Origin: Lingula anatina
Taxonomy: Eukaryota; Animalia; Brachiopoda
NCBI GenBank assembly: GCA_051362555.1
Contig: CM120647.1
Location: forward strand, 3,658,001 to 3,722,000
Reading direction: 5' to 3'
DNA: 64,000 nucleotides
The notes under the pieces: generated by a model
Database searches by the model: none
What the model was told of the DNA's origin: nothing
Seen by the model: the letters and a program-made list of their open reading frames with translations, nothing else
Shown: positions 12,800 through 26,100 of the stretch, piece by piece
Layout of the letters: the number at the start of each line of letters is the position of its first letter
Numbering within the stretch: position 1 is the stretch's first letter
Position numbers and translations under genes: made by a program

Positions 12800-14900
12800 C
12801 AAAGCGAGCCACATTACATACAGGTTCAAATATACATGCTTAGAACTCCCGGTTCATCCGCTCCGGGACCGATTTCAAGTATACCGCGAGTGAACGAAAC
12901 CGTAAACATACAACTTCGGGCAAAGCACAAGTATCTGATAGCCGGGTTAGTCTTTATCTTCACCGGCGGACTTAAGAGGAGTTGGTGTTTTTTTTTCTTT
13001 TTTAGTAGGGGGCGCCCGGCTGATCATCGTGCAACGTGGCTTTTGCATATTTTATAGTCACGAGCGAGGTTTTATCTGGAGTGGGCGGCTCGTTTATTGA
13101 GTCTGGGTGATACAGGTTTGAGAGCTTTAAGGTTTATAGTATTTGCGCGTACATGTTTGATTCTACTAGTACAGCAGAGATACTCCAAACGGGAAGCGTA
13201 CAATTGCAGAAGGACGAACAGGTTTGGATGCCTTTTTATTTCGGATTAACCAGTGAAAACATATTCGACAAGAAAATGAGACTCAAGGAAAGAAGTGAAC
13301 AAATCGCTAGCCGGGATTTTGCTGTTCTTAAGTGACAGACTTACACAACCTGGAATACGTGACGTCGTTTAAAAACCACGCACTAAATACCACTTCAAGC
13401 TAGACCGAGTGTTTCCTGATAGAGAAAAAGGTAAGGGTCACGCGCTTGTGCAAAGACTGAGCTCTCATAAACACGTCTTAATAGTGGTTACGGGAAAATG
13501 ATTTCTTTAGTGGAGCGGGTCAATCCCTAAACAAATTTGTACGTACATGTATCTCGCGATCTATTACAAGACACCGCTTTCAGTCCAACCGTTTGGCATC
13601 GGACCACAACCCGCAAAAGTGAACAGTCAAGCAAGAGACAGGTAAAAATTTATCTAACTGCTTTTTAATCGCAAGCTTTTAATTCAAAGGTGGCCCTCGT
13701 TGCGCCCCTAGTGAATTAAGCCATATTCGTCGTTGCTGTTGATTAGATTGTATGTTTAAAAAAAAAGACATCTTGCGTGCTAAAGGCGACAAACCACCCA
13801 AGGCGCTAGGATTACCTTCCTGTTAGAAATACAAGAATAGACTGGGCGCTCAGAACATAATATTTGCGCAGAATATCCAGAAGCACCGCGAGTAGATATA
13901 TATTGATTCGCTGTTGATACGCACAAATTGGCTCCTCTTCGAAATAATCCCGGATTTTGTAAGGAGGGAGGCGCCATACGAGGTTTTACATGCACTAAGT
14001 CTTGTACCTAGCTTTAAAAAATTCCTCTCCACAGTGAAGTTTGTTTTTTTTAGAAAAAAAAAATGGATGAAATATGGTGCGCGTTTCATAAGGAGAACCA
14101 CACCTGACATTAAGTGATCCTCTCGCTGAGATCAGGTTATGGTGACTGTGAATGACAACCGCGATTAGCTGGACACGAGATATGGAAAAACAAATATTAC
14201 TGACCAATCTTGATTGCAACATTTACTGAATAGGGGGAAACAATGGATATTGTGTTGGAAAGCGCAGTGTTGGGTACAGTACAATATTACCTGTACTGGA
14301 TTAAATCTAATCTACTCGCTGTGAACAAGACCCCGTGTCAAAAAAGAGCGTCTTGGGGTCGACACTCCCTGGTTTTTACTTAAGCTGCTCTCTGTGATTT
14401 TCAAGTTGATTTTAACGAGCAACATACTGCGAGTAATATCTCTAAAGAGTCATATTATTCCCGAGCGGAGGTGGTGTGTTTAAAATATCAGCAACGCGGA
14501 CTTCAAGCTTTCATACTTAAATGAGCCCAACAACACAGGTAAGAAAGCTGAAAGGGGATAATTAAGCGTATTCTCAGTGGGTTGTTTACATGATCAATTT
14601 AAGTGTTCTTTTTTTAAAACCGTGAACAACATTTTTAGAATTATTATGTGAAATTTCTAAACAAAGTCGGCGAAACTCAAGTAATGAGTGCATTCTCAGA
14701 TTGGTATGTGTGTGTTATAACAACAATCACGCTCCATTACCTTGCTGACCAGTCCGAACTGCACCTAGGGGTCAGTGTGACGGGTAAACAAGCTTGACCA
14801 CGCGTTTATACGCTTGACCGGGTGTCCAAGAGGGTCACTTTGAATACCGTACTATCTTAACCTGCAGGCAAGCGGAAAGGTACCGGTTGAGCCTCAGGCG
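12800..14900 (+). promoter_or_regulatory. Candidate promoter / non-coding first-exon region, possibly of KCNQ
   Basis: Locally CpG-rich and free of obvious repeats. It has a GC box (gtgggcggc, 13081), a CRE-like tgacgtc (~13360) and an Inr-like TCAGTC (13580). Strong + strand donors occur at AAG|GTAAGG (13431), CAG|GTAAAA (13642) and CAG|GTAAGA (14539). Inference only. Confidence 0.3.
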
Positions 14901-16264
14901 CTAGAGCAATAGTTCACACGGTGCTGGGCATTGATTTTCTATGGAATGTCTTGTTTCTTAGCACACCTTTCCTTTTAGTCACACTACGGGTCCTTATTAA
15001 GCAATTATAAGATCGATTTAAGACAAAATAGCAATCTCTGTTTCATTATCTCTGATTGCCCATCTCATGAGTTGTGATATAGAATCTTTTTTCATTCTTA
15101 TGTGACAAAAAGAAATTAAATAAATAAAAAAATCACAGAGATGAATTGAGCATTTAAGCCAGCTTATATCCTCAATCCTGGCGTATACGCTGCTGTTTAG
15201 AAAACAAGGATTACGGTACACTATTCTCTAACGCTAAATTATCGATTTGATGTAGTTTTTTTGTTCCGCAGATTTGAAGACTGATTTGATCTGGTAAACA
15301 TTATATTTGAATGTTTACCAGAACCAAGTCTTAATTTCCTTTAATCAATTAACCGCAAAAGAATTCTGTTATACAGCGGCGTTATCCAGGAAATGACATA
15401 AAGTACGGTTACTTAGATCGGAAAGCAAGGTATTACGCCATAATGTTTTGATATAGTGCTGAAACATTGAATTCAAACGTACCGGGAGAGCGTAAACAGG
15501 TTTATTTAGACCGAGGAGGGGTTGCAGGGGGAGGGGGATACTAAAGTTAATTTTTCGTTTACTCTTTTTAGAAGATTGTTTGCTCCCGTACTTCTATCCT
15601 CCCCCTCCTTTTCTTTGGCTATTGGTCAGGATTTGATTGGTCCTTGTGAACTTGCCCTCCCAGGCTTGGGTTTTACTGAAACACACCCAAATTTCAAGAG
15701 ACCACACGAGATGTCCAAGACCAAGCCAAATAGAAAGAAGTCCAGTTATTTCAATCAAATGTCCAGTTTTTCCTATGTGTGTGTCCCAGGTGGTCACATT
15801 GACTGAATGGTTATAAAGATAAGATGTGAATGGCGCCAGGATTAAGACGTTATTTCCGAGACGTTTAACACAGTCGATGTACCGTCAAAATGGAAACTGT
15901 GCAGTTCGTGTGACAATACCCTAGATAGATAAAAAGATAGATAATTTATTTCAACGTGAGCAAAAAGTACAAAGTATTTTTACAAACCCCAGACTACACT
16001 TAATACATATACAACCAGCGTAACAAAAACATATTGATAATTATACTCAAGTTGGTGGAGTCAATAGGGCCTTTATACATGCTAATAAAAAGTACATGTG
16101 TATGAGGGATAGAACGCTTCATAATGTAGAATCGATACAAGAAATCCCCATCGTCACAGCTCCGTATATTGTTATACCTCCGATATTAACTGCTCACTTA
16201 TTGTGGTGTGAAAAATGAATTTGTTACCGCTTTAATATTAATGACGTCATGACGCAGTGATGTT

Positions 16265-16438
16265 GCCGATGAGACAGGAATGGTAGTCCTAGGAATGGAA
16301 GTCCGGGCTCCCATATGATGAGTACAGGTTAGGTTAAGTCGAAGTATTGGGGTTAGTATATGGGACGAATGTAACCTGTATAGAGTAATGGGAAGCGGAC
16401 TACGGTTCCCAACGGACTACCATTCCTGTAACATCGGC
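16265..16438 (+). mobile_element. Family B TIR element, copy 1
   Basis: 25-bp TIR gccgatgagacaggaatggtagtcc / ggactaccattcctgtaacatcggc (2 mismatches); internal gtacaggttaggtt...gtattggggttagtatatgggacgaatgt. Confidence 0.9.
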
Positions 16439-17887
16439 CATGCGATAGGCGCCCTTTTTGAGTACGGCTGGTATGTACACCACTTCTTGTCCAACATTTT
16501 CCTGGGTTGGGAGCCGCCTGTCTTATGTATGTATGCGTGTGCGTGATTGCGTACCCGTGTAGTTCTCCATTTATTAATTTAATTCTTTCTTCAAGAACGG
16601 TATGCTACCTGATGCTGGCTACCAGACTATTGCGAGTAGTAATTAAAGACACGGCTAAGTGTTAAGGCGTTACGAGATACATACAAGTAACAGGCGTTAC
16701 GAGATATGTACCCGGATATTGCATTTTTAGATGCTATGTGTTATGCGATATTGAACATGTAATGCCAGTTCATAGGCCTATGTTTCACAACATGATAATA
16801 AGCATAATCACCATTAAAAACCACAGTATGGCGAGGCGTTGTCAGTCAAATCTGAAATGGAATGCGTTTGATAAAGTATTTAAAGTGTCAGTTACCCATG
16901 TTTCTGTCATGTGCTTTATCAAAAGAACAGCCTGCCTGTATAGGGAACCACTTTGTTTGACTCAAACCTTATTTGTAGAACATAAAATGAAGCTGTGTGT
17001 GGCAATAAAGGTTTTGTATGATCTCTGAAGAAATAAAGTGACGCTCCAAATATGTTTGCCATCCGAGTGCCATGCACCTTACCATTAAATCAGTGCATCA
17101 GTCTGGTCTGCTATCATTAATTTGCTAGAGCTGAACTGTAGGCGCTGAGTTAACTTTGTAATGTGGTCTTTGAGATCACTGACCTTACGGCACAGACAAG
17201 TAAGTTAAAGACGGCCACATTGCCAGGTGACAGAGTCTTATCTTTAGAGAAACGGTTCTTTAATCTGTGTAAGTGCTTACAAGTGTCAATCTGTGGAGAT
17301 GTAAGGTTTCAAGATGCGGTGGATGAAAGTTATTGGCCCTTTTCGTTTAAAAGCCAATCGTGGCAATATAATGTGTCGGTATAATGTTTAAAACCACAAT
17401 AAGGCAATTTTGTGGCACCAATCGCTATAATTAAAGCGGTTGTCGAGCGCATTTTCGATGTATTCCCCAGAATATCTCATGCCATCGTCGCCTTGTCCAG
17501 TTCAACATTTAATCGTTACTGATTTTCTGGTAAATTATTTTCTAACGTCCGTAACTTACCATTTAACTCTACCTTGTATAATAGGAGGTTAGAATTTTTC
17601 TTTCTTCAATAGTTACGATTTTCAGTGATGTGACTCTAATGTCCCCACAACTCTCTTTTAAAAAATTGATACCAAAACGGCCTTATTTGAGGGCATTGTA
17701 GATGAGTGCAAATGAATTACAGAAATAGTCTTTTGAAATATGCCATATGGTATATCGCGGGAAAGTTAAATTCCATACATACAGAAACGTAGACCGCTGA
17801 TTTACATGTTAATCACTGTAACAAAACAATGGAAATCGATTGAGGATATGCTAGCGCGCATAATGAATAATGAAAAATGTGCGACAA

Positions 17888-18000
17888 CAAATTTGCAGGA
17901 GTTTGCTAGAAATTTTTGAATTGCTGCTAATTTGCAGCAATTTCGCTGGGAATGTGCTGCAAATTTGCTATAAGGAATTGCAATTGGCAGCAAATTTGGG
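17888..18000. repeat. Fragment of a dispersed repeat built from (TT)TGCAGCAAA/TTTGCTGC motifs (partner 38172-38275)
   Basis: Both loci contain tgctgcaaatttgc....aaggaattg.a.tt.gcagca. This resembles the subterminal repeats of a DNA transposon. Confidence 0.65.
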
Positions 18001-19159
18001 ACAGACCTGATGTGTTGCTAACGGAGAGCTTGGACACCTGTGGAGGCATGAGTGTAACTATTTTCAACGGGATCCGCACATTCCTGGCGTCCAAGAAAAA
18101 ATACAACATGGTGTGGTTGTACTAAAAAAGTTCGAGTAACAGTATGTTTTGTGATAATTTCTCCGTTTATATTCAAAGATGTAGTGAGAGGCAGATGTTT
18201 TGATATCGATGCATTTTCCGGCTCTCTTTACTAAACACAAAAAATGTGCAGTGGTCAGATACTGCGTTTGTTCTCAACTGCTTGACCTATAATGTACCAT
18301 ATAATTTTTCTTTGTTGGGGCTGATTCAGGTTACATATTTTAATTATTAAATATTTAAAAATTGTAAATTTCTCAATTGTCATGCGTCCAGTGTTTTCTT
18401 TAGAAAAACTGGAGGCGACCATGATTTTTCAGTGAATAGACAGGATGGGTCAGTCCAAATAGATGTAATCCGGGACGGTCTATCAAAATATTTAACCGAA
18501 ACTCAATTCATTAGATTGGTGACGGTAAAGCAGAACTGGTACAAAGTGGAATTGCTTTACTGCCAATGTGCACATTAGCGCTGTTGTTGTAACCTTACCC
18601 CGAATCTGTGAATTCTGAAACTACAGTTTTCACCAAACATAAATTAACGCCCGAGAATCTGCATTTAATCTATCAACTGACGAGTCTTTAATGTCAAAAC
18701 TCTCGACTCTATGTAATTGAGTTGATTATAATAGTTTTTTTATGAAGACTCGTTTTGTCAACAGCATGAAATCAATTAATTACTATATGCCAAGCAAACC
18801 AGGGATCCTAATTGAATTCTTTTATTCCTTTGGGTTTAATTTAATTCTTGTTTGGTCTTTATCTGACTTGAAATATCGTATGTGACATTGTTTTAGAGCT
18901 ATATATAGTCCATTTTCTATTTTCATCGATGTTTTGTGGCAGTTCTTTGAATTCACATTTTTAAACAGGCGTTTGGGGCGGATGATGTGGGAAGCTGGTG
19001 TCATTTTACAGACGTCAATATAAACTCTGAACAATTACAAAAAAACATTTGTATCGTTACCACCAATAACACTATATGTAATGTCTCGGCTAGAATACGT
19101 CCTATTGTCTTTATCAAATTGTCTTTGTAAACTATTAAAATGTAAGCACGGTATTCGTG

Positions 19160-19161
<2 letters not shown>

Positions 19162-19230
<69 letters not shown>
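19162..19230. repeat. (TA)n microsatellite
   Basis: Pure TA run. Confidence 0.97.
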
Positions 19231-19233
<3 letters not shown>

Positions 19234-20180
19234 AATACACAGCATTTGAGTGAAATATCTTTGGATATTATATGTTTACGATTGAGAGTAACATTTAGAA
19301 ACCTTCAGAATTCTGACGGCTGTGTCATTTGCTCCCAATGGTCTTTGTATAAGTAGCGTAAGAGCATATTTCCTTCCGATGGAAGTGGACTCCTTTTCAC
19401 GTTAAGGAAGAACCTCGTCCTTTATTACCTGGTTCAATATTCTTATCTCTGTAACTAATTATACCGTCGTTTTATCAGATGGGAAAATGTTCCCCATTCA
19501 CGTGTTGCATGCCAAGAAATCTTAGCGTTCTGAGGGGTGCTAATATCCCAAATGATTTATGAAGAAGCGTCTGTTCCGACAGGTTCTTTTTTCTTGGGTA
19601 TGGGCAAAGAAGCAAAGGTAAAGTTCAGCGTAATGATTCTCATTGAAGATGTTTGAATGCAAGAAGCAAACGACCAATATATAAATATACTCCATAACAT
19701 TTTAAATTGAACATCATTGGGAGTTAAGCCCCCCCCCAATTACTGCCAACACGCAAACCTTTGAAAAATGCTAAGCAACAGGATCTGTTAGACAATTAGG
19801 AATACCATATTACCATTATCATCATTGCTGTCAGTATCAATTAGTTCAGAGCCCGTATATTTCAAATCATCAGAACTATATAAAGGCTATGCATTTATTA
19901 CACTATGTCACACAATGTGTCTGTAGTTCTAGTGTAGAATCATATTAAGTTGAAGATAAATTGCCATACAGAACCTTTATTGCAACACACATCATTCAAA
20001 ATAAATAATACTTTCATGCACTCTTATTGTTATGTTTATTGTTAAGGTACCGTGCTCTGATATTACCACGTTGTTCAAAAGATTTCATCTGTTACAAATA
20101 CGTTTGAGACTGGATGAATTTTTAAAAAAATGTGATGCAGCCTGTTACAGTTCGTGGTCAAAGTTGTCAGAAGTACGAAA

Positions 20181-20430
20181 GTACGGTAATTCTTTCCACG
20201 GCATGCAGAGAATTACATTTTGATTTTGGTGGCTGGTGTCACTTCCTTTGCCATTAAGGTAATGTCCTTATGGCATTTCTATCTGATATTTTTTTCTTAA
20301 ATTTTTCACGCTACTGCATCTGTATTAAGACTCAAAATTGATAGCTACCCAACTACCCATGTTACTTTTGTTGCTTCAGTTACTTGAACTTTGGATTCAG
20401 TTACAGTAGAACACGGAAAAATTAATTTTA
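20181..20430 (+). repeat. Local duplication, copy 1 (partner 21754-22005)
   Basis: Colinear match including the identical core gtgtcacttcctttgccattaaggtaatgtcct and tattaagactcaaaattgat. Confidence 0.9.
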
Positions 20431-21753
20431 AATTGTGACATAAGTGTTTATTTGGACAATACAAGTGTACTATACCACTCATCAATTACTATTAGCAAAA
20501 CTCTGTATTATTGCACATCTGTCCGTCTGTATGTCTCCCTGTCTGTCTGTATGTCAATCTGTCTGTCTGTCCTCCTAAGATTTTTTTGTCCCTTGTGCCC
20601 GTTCCTCCATCATATGCATTGTATCTTTACCTTCTTTAACCTCATGCTGTTAATAGACAAACAATAACACGTCAAAACAAGAAGGCAGCAACAGCCTTCT
20701 ATAAACAAGCCTGCGCTTCTTGTTAGCACGTTTATTAAGAACACTGCTGGTAAATGACACTGTAGTATAAGGGATGAAGACACCGTTGTCCGGAACCGCG
20801 CAAATTTAGATATAAACGTAATTTAGAATTGGGCTCGAAATACGGACACCGTTGGAAATTTTTAGTTAGGATAACGCGTTAGCACTTCCTTATCACTGGC
20901 TTCTTAATGAGACTGGTAAACAAGCCTTACTCAGCCTCTTCAGAATTGACATAATGTATTATAGAGTATTACGGTTTACGATAAAGTTATTACTTGAAAT
21001 TACTGACATTGTCTATGAATTATTAAATGTCCCCGACACCGTGTAATAAACAACATTGCGGGCAGCTGAACTTGGAAGGCGGCAAGGAATACATTGATAT
21101 ACCAGAAATGTTATGGTTATTGGTTTAAAGTAAATGACTTTCACATCGGCTTGCTAATCAGGAGTAGGGACTTTAAGGTCTCGCTTTGACGACATGACGT
21201 AATTGCCACTTTCAATGTGTTATGGGGTACATGTACTAATACATATGTTATCGACCTTAGTCATCAGCTGAAAAATGCAAGCATCTCACGGAAAGAGCAA
21301 GACTTAATTCGTGCAGAGACTTTCATAACGCCGTTTGAATCACAGACAGCTAGCCCACGCAACATTCCTTTTTTGTTATCAGAACGTTGTTTGTCCCACT
21401 AAACGGCAAATATTCACATTTTTCAGAGACGATCATGTTCGAGTGACGTGTGCATATCTATGGGGACAGCTTTCAGCGTTCTCCTGCTAGTTATTCTTGA
21501 AGATAAACAGATGAGTGTCATTGGCCTGCCTAAGAACTACACAGTGGTATCGACTGCCTTTAAAAGTATGGTGAGTCTATTTTCAACGTCGAGAAAAATC
21601 TGTCAATAATTCAGTAGCACTGTATAAATATTGAAAAATGGCATATTTGACACGGGTATAGGGCTCTTATGCCCATGTAGACTATACATTATTTGGTATA
21701 ATATATGTACCATTAATTATGAAGCTTGAATTTTGCTTAATTAACAGGTACGT

Positions 21754-22005
21754 GTACGGTATTTCTTTGTACGACATGCAGAGAATGCCATTTTGATTTG
21801 GGGTGGCTAGTGTCACTTCCTTTGCCATTAAGGTAATGTCCTCATGGCATTTCTATCTGATAATTTGTTCTTTAATTTTTCACACTATTGCATCTATATT
21901 AAGACTCAAAATTGATTGGTGCCCTTGTTGCTTTTGTTGCTTCAGTTACTTGGACTTTGGATTCAAATAGGCTACTATAGAACACTAGGGAAAATTAAAA
22001 TTTTT
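21754..22005 (+). repeat. Local duplication, copy 2 (partner 20181-20430)
   Basis: Colinear diverged match about 1.57 kb downstream of copy 1. Confidence 0.9.
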
Positions 22006-22564
22006 TGCACATATGTTCAATTTTCTTTACATGTGAGGTACGTTCGTAGTCCATATCTACCACACACGACCTTCAGTATACACAGATCTTCAGTACATAT
22101 AAATATAGATTTAAAAATTGATAGGTACCCATGTGCATTTTCTTGCAGCTTGTTTTAAGATTAAACCGATTTGTATGGCTAAATCGACAGTGTTTACTGC
22201 TATTTGCAATGCCTTAGAAAGGAGACGTTAATTAATACACAACAACGCCGTGCATAAGGACACAACCTTAAGGCAAGGCAGTTATCTTGAGGGGCAAACG
22301 GTCATAGAGAATCCATATAAGTGGATTTGTTTTGTTCTTAAGAAGGTCTAAAACCGCGCTACTTTACACCTTAAGTAATAGTCACCACATTTATTACCCT
22401 TATGATCAGTGCGAGCTCGCTAGAGATGAAAAGATTGACAGTGGACGCTTTTTGACAGTTTCCAATATTTACTAGTATCATGGAAATCTGATGGATAGAG
22501 TGTTTTAATAGAGACGTGCACAGAGCAGCCCTAAATATGCCAATATGTAAATAGAGAGAGTTCT

Positions 22565-22833
22565 CCCGCACGAAAATGCAGTAGTATCGAAGTAGCAAAG
22601 AAGCATTAACGCAGTAGTGGTGTGGAGCATATTTGCAGTAGAAATGCAGTATAGCCTACTGCAATTCTACTCCAAAAATTACATAGGGTTGTACAGAGGA
22701 GGAGCATTAATGCAGTAGATTAGCAGCATGATAGAAGCATGTTTCAAATATGCTAATTAGCTCCCACATCGAAGCAGATTTGAAGCACGTTTGCAGTATG
22801 ATTGCAGTAGTCTACTGCGCTGGAGTATCTACT
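22565..22833. repeat. GCAGTA/GAAGCA motif-rich segment, possibly a DNA transposon subterminal array
   Basis: Starts cccgcacgaaaat and contains many gcagtag/gaagca/ctactgc motifs; no clean second TIR. Confidence 0.4.
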
Positions 22834-22842
22834 TCGTTTTCG

Positions 22843-22892
22843 CATCTTTTTCTATGTCTTTGCAGAGCTCTGCAAAGACATAGAAAAAGATG
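22843..22892. repeat. Perfect 50-bp palindrome with no spacer
   Basis: catctttttctatgtctttgcagag|ctctgcaaagacatagaaaaagatg. The ORF track gives the same peptide HLFLCLCRALQRHRKR on both strands. Confidence 0.97.
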
Positions 22893-23575
22893 GATGAAAC
22901 AAGAAAGTCTTGCACAAATAGAACATACAGGTAAGGATAATAAGTTAGCACACGTATTCCTGTAGTTCTGCACGTAAACGGCCAAACATTCAATGATCAA
23001 TTTAAAATTAGTTCAGCGAAGGTTTAAATTACGACGCCACTCATAAGTTTTTTCTTTTAAAATCGTCCCAAAATACATTCGCACGGCTACTAATTTTAAC
23101 TCCATACCAAACAGAAAGCTAGGTGATTCAATATAGTTATCTACGTAGATGTGAATACAGGTTAACACGCACACATGTAATTAATATTAGTTTATTAATG
23201 GACGTACGTCTACGATGCGGGCGGACATTGTTAGCTTTAGTATTTTTCATGGTACAGTAACCATCTAAATTAATATTATATACCCTTATGTGTCATTAGC
23301 GTCCGCACACAGCGCGGTTTCACATACGTATCTCGTTTTTATACATGTACTTTAGATATCCTATCCATCCTAGAAATTACGGATGGGTCAGCAAGTGCAG
23401 CTTATCTACGAAACAGAGGTATGCATTCGGGATTTATTACCTTTAGTATCTATGTGTGTACAGCCTTTGCAAAGTAGGCAGGTACATGTAGTTGGTGTTG
23501 GGAGATGCAAAATTGCATACCATTTTTTCTGAAGACGTGGTGATGTAGATTATGGAATATTATCGAAGTTTTTGT

Positions 23576-23578
<3 letters not shown>

Positions 23579-23610
<32 letters not shown>

Positions 23611-23665
23611 TGCGCGGCGTCCCCAAGTGCATGTTTGAGCACATGTATATGACTGTTCCTTTATG

Positions 23666-23740
<75 letters not shown>
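23579..23740. repeat. Compound (TG)n, (TC)n(TA)n(TG)n microsatellites
   Basis: Visible directly. Confidence 0.95.
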
Positions 23741-23742
<2 letters not shown>

Positions 23743-24329
23743 CGTGCTCTGGCGCGAACGTTATCGTTCATGAATTCGTGCGTGATAGCTAAAGCTAACT
23801 GTGTCATACTCTTCATGTATCTGGCTTTATTTAACCTTGATTTAGAACATTGAATCAAGGGATGTCAGCGAATACTGCTTAAGGCTAAGTAATTGCGTTA
23901 TAAGTGTTGCGAATATCACTAACACAACAGATCACCGCAATACTTGTATTCTGCCAGGGTGGTTGAGAGGCTGCCACTTGTTACAGTTTCATCTCACCGC
24001 CTACGTTCACCAGCATTGTTCTGCTGCCATGGGTTTCGATACCGAGATCTCGCTGCCTGGCCCAATGAAATATCAATCCTGCTTTAATTATGGGAAACTA
24101 TAATATTGATTTAAATAGCTATCGACAAGTGGCGAAATTTATGGCCACAATATGGATTATAAGACTGTGCGTCACATAATTGTTTTAATTATAACCCGAA
24201 TTATTGGATTTTATCGAACTACATATTTACTTGTTTTATGACATAAATACAGTTAGTTTAAATGAAGACAGAACAATTCACTGTTTTATCAAATAATAAA
24301 AAAATAGTTAAATTGTTGAGAAATAATTA

Positions 24330-24549
24330 GGCTTCGTTCACATGCGATGTCTATTTTCTAAATTCTATTTTCTATTCGCGCTATCTTATGATCACGGTCT
24401 GTGCCCTGTTTCTTATAGTAACTTATAGTAACTGGCTCGCGCTGCCAGTAATTACGCCGCGGGATATTCAGGGCACAGACCGTGATCATAAGACATACCG
24501 CGAATAGAAAATAGAATTTAGAAAATAGACATTGCATGTGAATGAAGCC
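24330..24549. mobile_element. PIF/Harbinger-like fold-back MITE
   Basis: ~80-bp arms ggcttcgttcacatgcgatgtctattttctaaattctattttctattcgcg...atgatcacggtctgtgccctg mirrored at ~24469-24549; TTA duplication at 24327-29 and 24550-52. Confidence 0.93.
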
Positions 24550-25225
24550 TTATTCCCTAACTTTGATAAAGTTCGATACAAATTATTTCAAATCAAAAAA
24601 AGTGTAGCGGAAAAGGTACTGTACATCGAATGCGGTAAATCGGTAAATAAGGTTGTTACATGTATTTTTGTTGGTTAGACTTTTTCTTTGTTTCACAAAA
24701 TTAACGTACAATGATGCAAAAATCAGAGAAGAGCACGCCATCCTTTTCAATTATTCATCGTGGAAGAGAGAGGTAGAGGTATTTGAGTACACCGTAATTC
24801 AAGCGGAATGCATTACCACGCTATCAAATTATTACAACTACAAATCATTCATCTAACTGTCTCCCTTGTGGGAGGCTTAATTAAATGATATGAAATTGAC
24901 ATGTGTTGATTTATTAACTGCAGTGCTCTTATACGCAACAAGACGTCACGCTTTTAAGTACTTTATATTGACGTTACGTAAGATATTGCATGCTAGAACC
25001 GATGATAAAAAACATATGATAAGCTGATGAAGGAAAAGTCTCGGATTAAAAGCGAAAACACGATTGCCTTCTAAGAGTTTTGCCAGAATTGTTTCCCGAT
25101 TGAAGGACAATATGACTTATTATCAGAATGCTACATGCTGGCTTTAGACATGTTCATTATTTAAGAAATATTGGCATCTACATTGTATACATGTATAGGT
25201 CAGCTAATAAATATATAACCAATAT

Positions 25226-25481
25226 GGTCCCATTCCCATGGACACCATCGGTCCACGAAGATCGATTCAAGTCTGTGGGGACTCCTGCTGAGTGCAATCA
25301 GTATTACTGGATGGCGAGCCTCATCTTGTTAACAAAGTACTCGTATAATCACCAGCTTTTCTATATTCTTCTCAACTTCAGGAGGAGGCGTGGCATTGAG
25401 TTAAGCTGACTGCACTCAGCAAGAGTCCCCTCAGAGTTGGATCGATCTACGTAGACCGGTGGTGTCAATGGGAATGGGGTT
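25226..25481. mobile_element. Long-TIR MITE family C, copy 1
   Basis: cccattcccatggacaccatcggtccacgaagatcgat...ggggactcctgctgagtgca mirrored by tgcactcagcaagagtcccc...atcgatctacgtagaccggtggtgtcaatgggaatggg. Confidence 0.88.
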
Positions 25482-25984
25482 GTAGAAATTAAAGGACATT
25501 TTCATGAAACGCTTGTTCTGTTTAAATGGCGTTTATATGTTTGTCAGTACGACACATCGATTAGCAGCGTACTGATGTTTTTTTTTAAATAATATGTTGT
25601 GTTGTTTTAGGAACCTACATGTTTATTTCACACTGTATACGTGTGGTGTCTTATTTTTTAAAGTTTTTAAGTTAAAATTGTGTTCTTCGTCAAGTTATTT
25701 TGGTTAAATCGGTGCAATCTTTTCTGTTTCTTTGTACATGTAATGTCACTTTCCGTATTTACGTATTGGTGTATTTATAGCTGTTACCTGTCCATTGTAA
25801 TACACTGTATTGTGTATTTTCACAACAAATAAACTCTCTGCTATCTGTTCTTACATTCTCTTTTTACCATCTGGAGTAAGCCCACACTGACCAGGGTTGT
25901 AAAATACACTTTTAATTGAAGAATTAATCATCCCAGGCCTTGTCTCTCTCTCTGAACTCCTTAACTCTTCCATATCATTATCAC

Positions 25985-25986
<2 letters not shown>

Positions 25987-26055
<69 letters not shown>

Positions 26056-26100
26056 AAGAACAACAAAAACAACAACAACAACAACAATAATAATAATAAT
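25987..26100. repeat. Compound (TAA)n(GAA)n(CAA)n(TAA)n microsatellite
   Basis: Visible directly. Confidence 0.96.
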
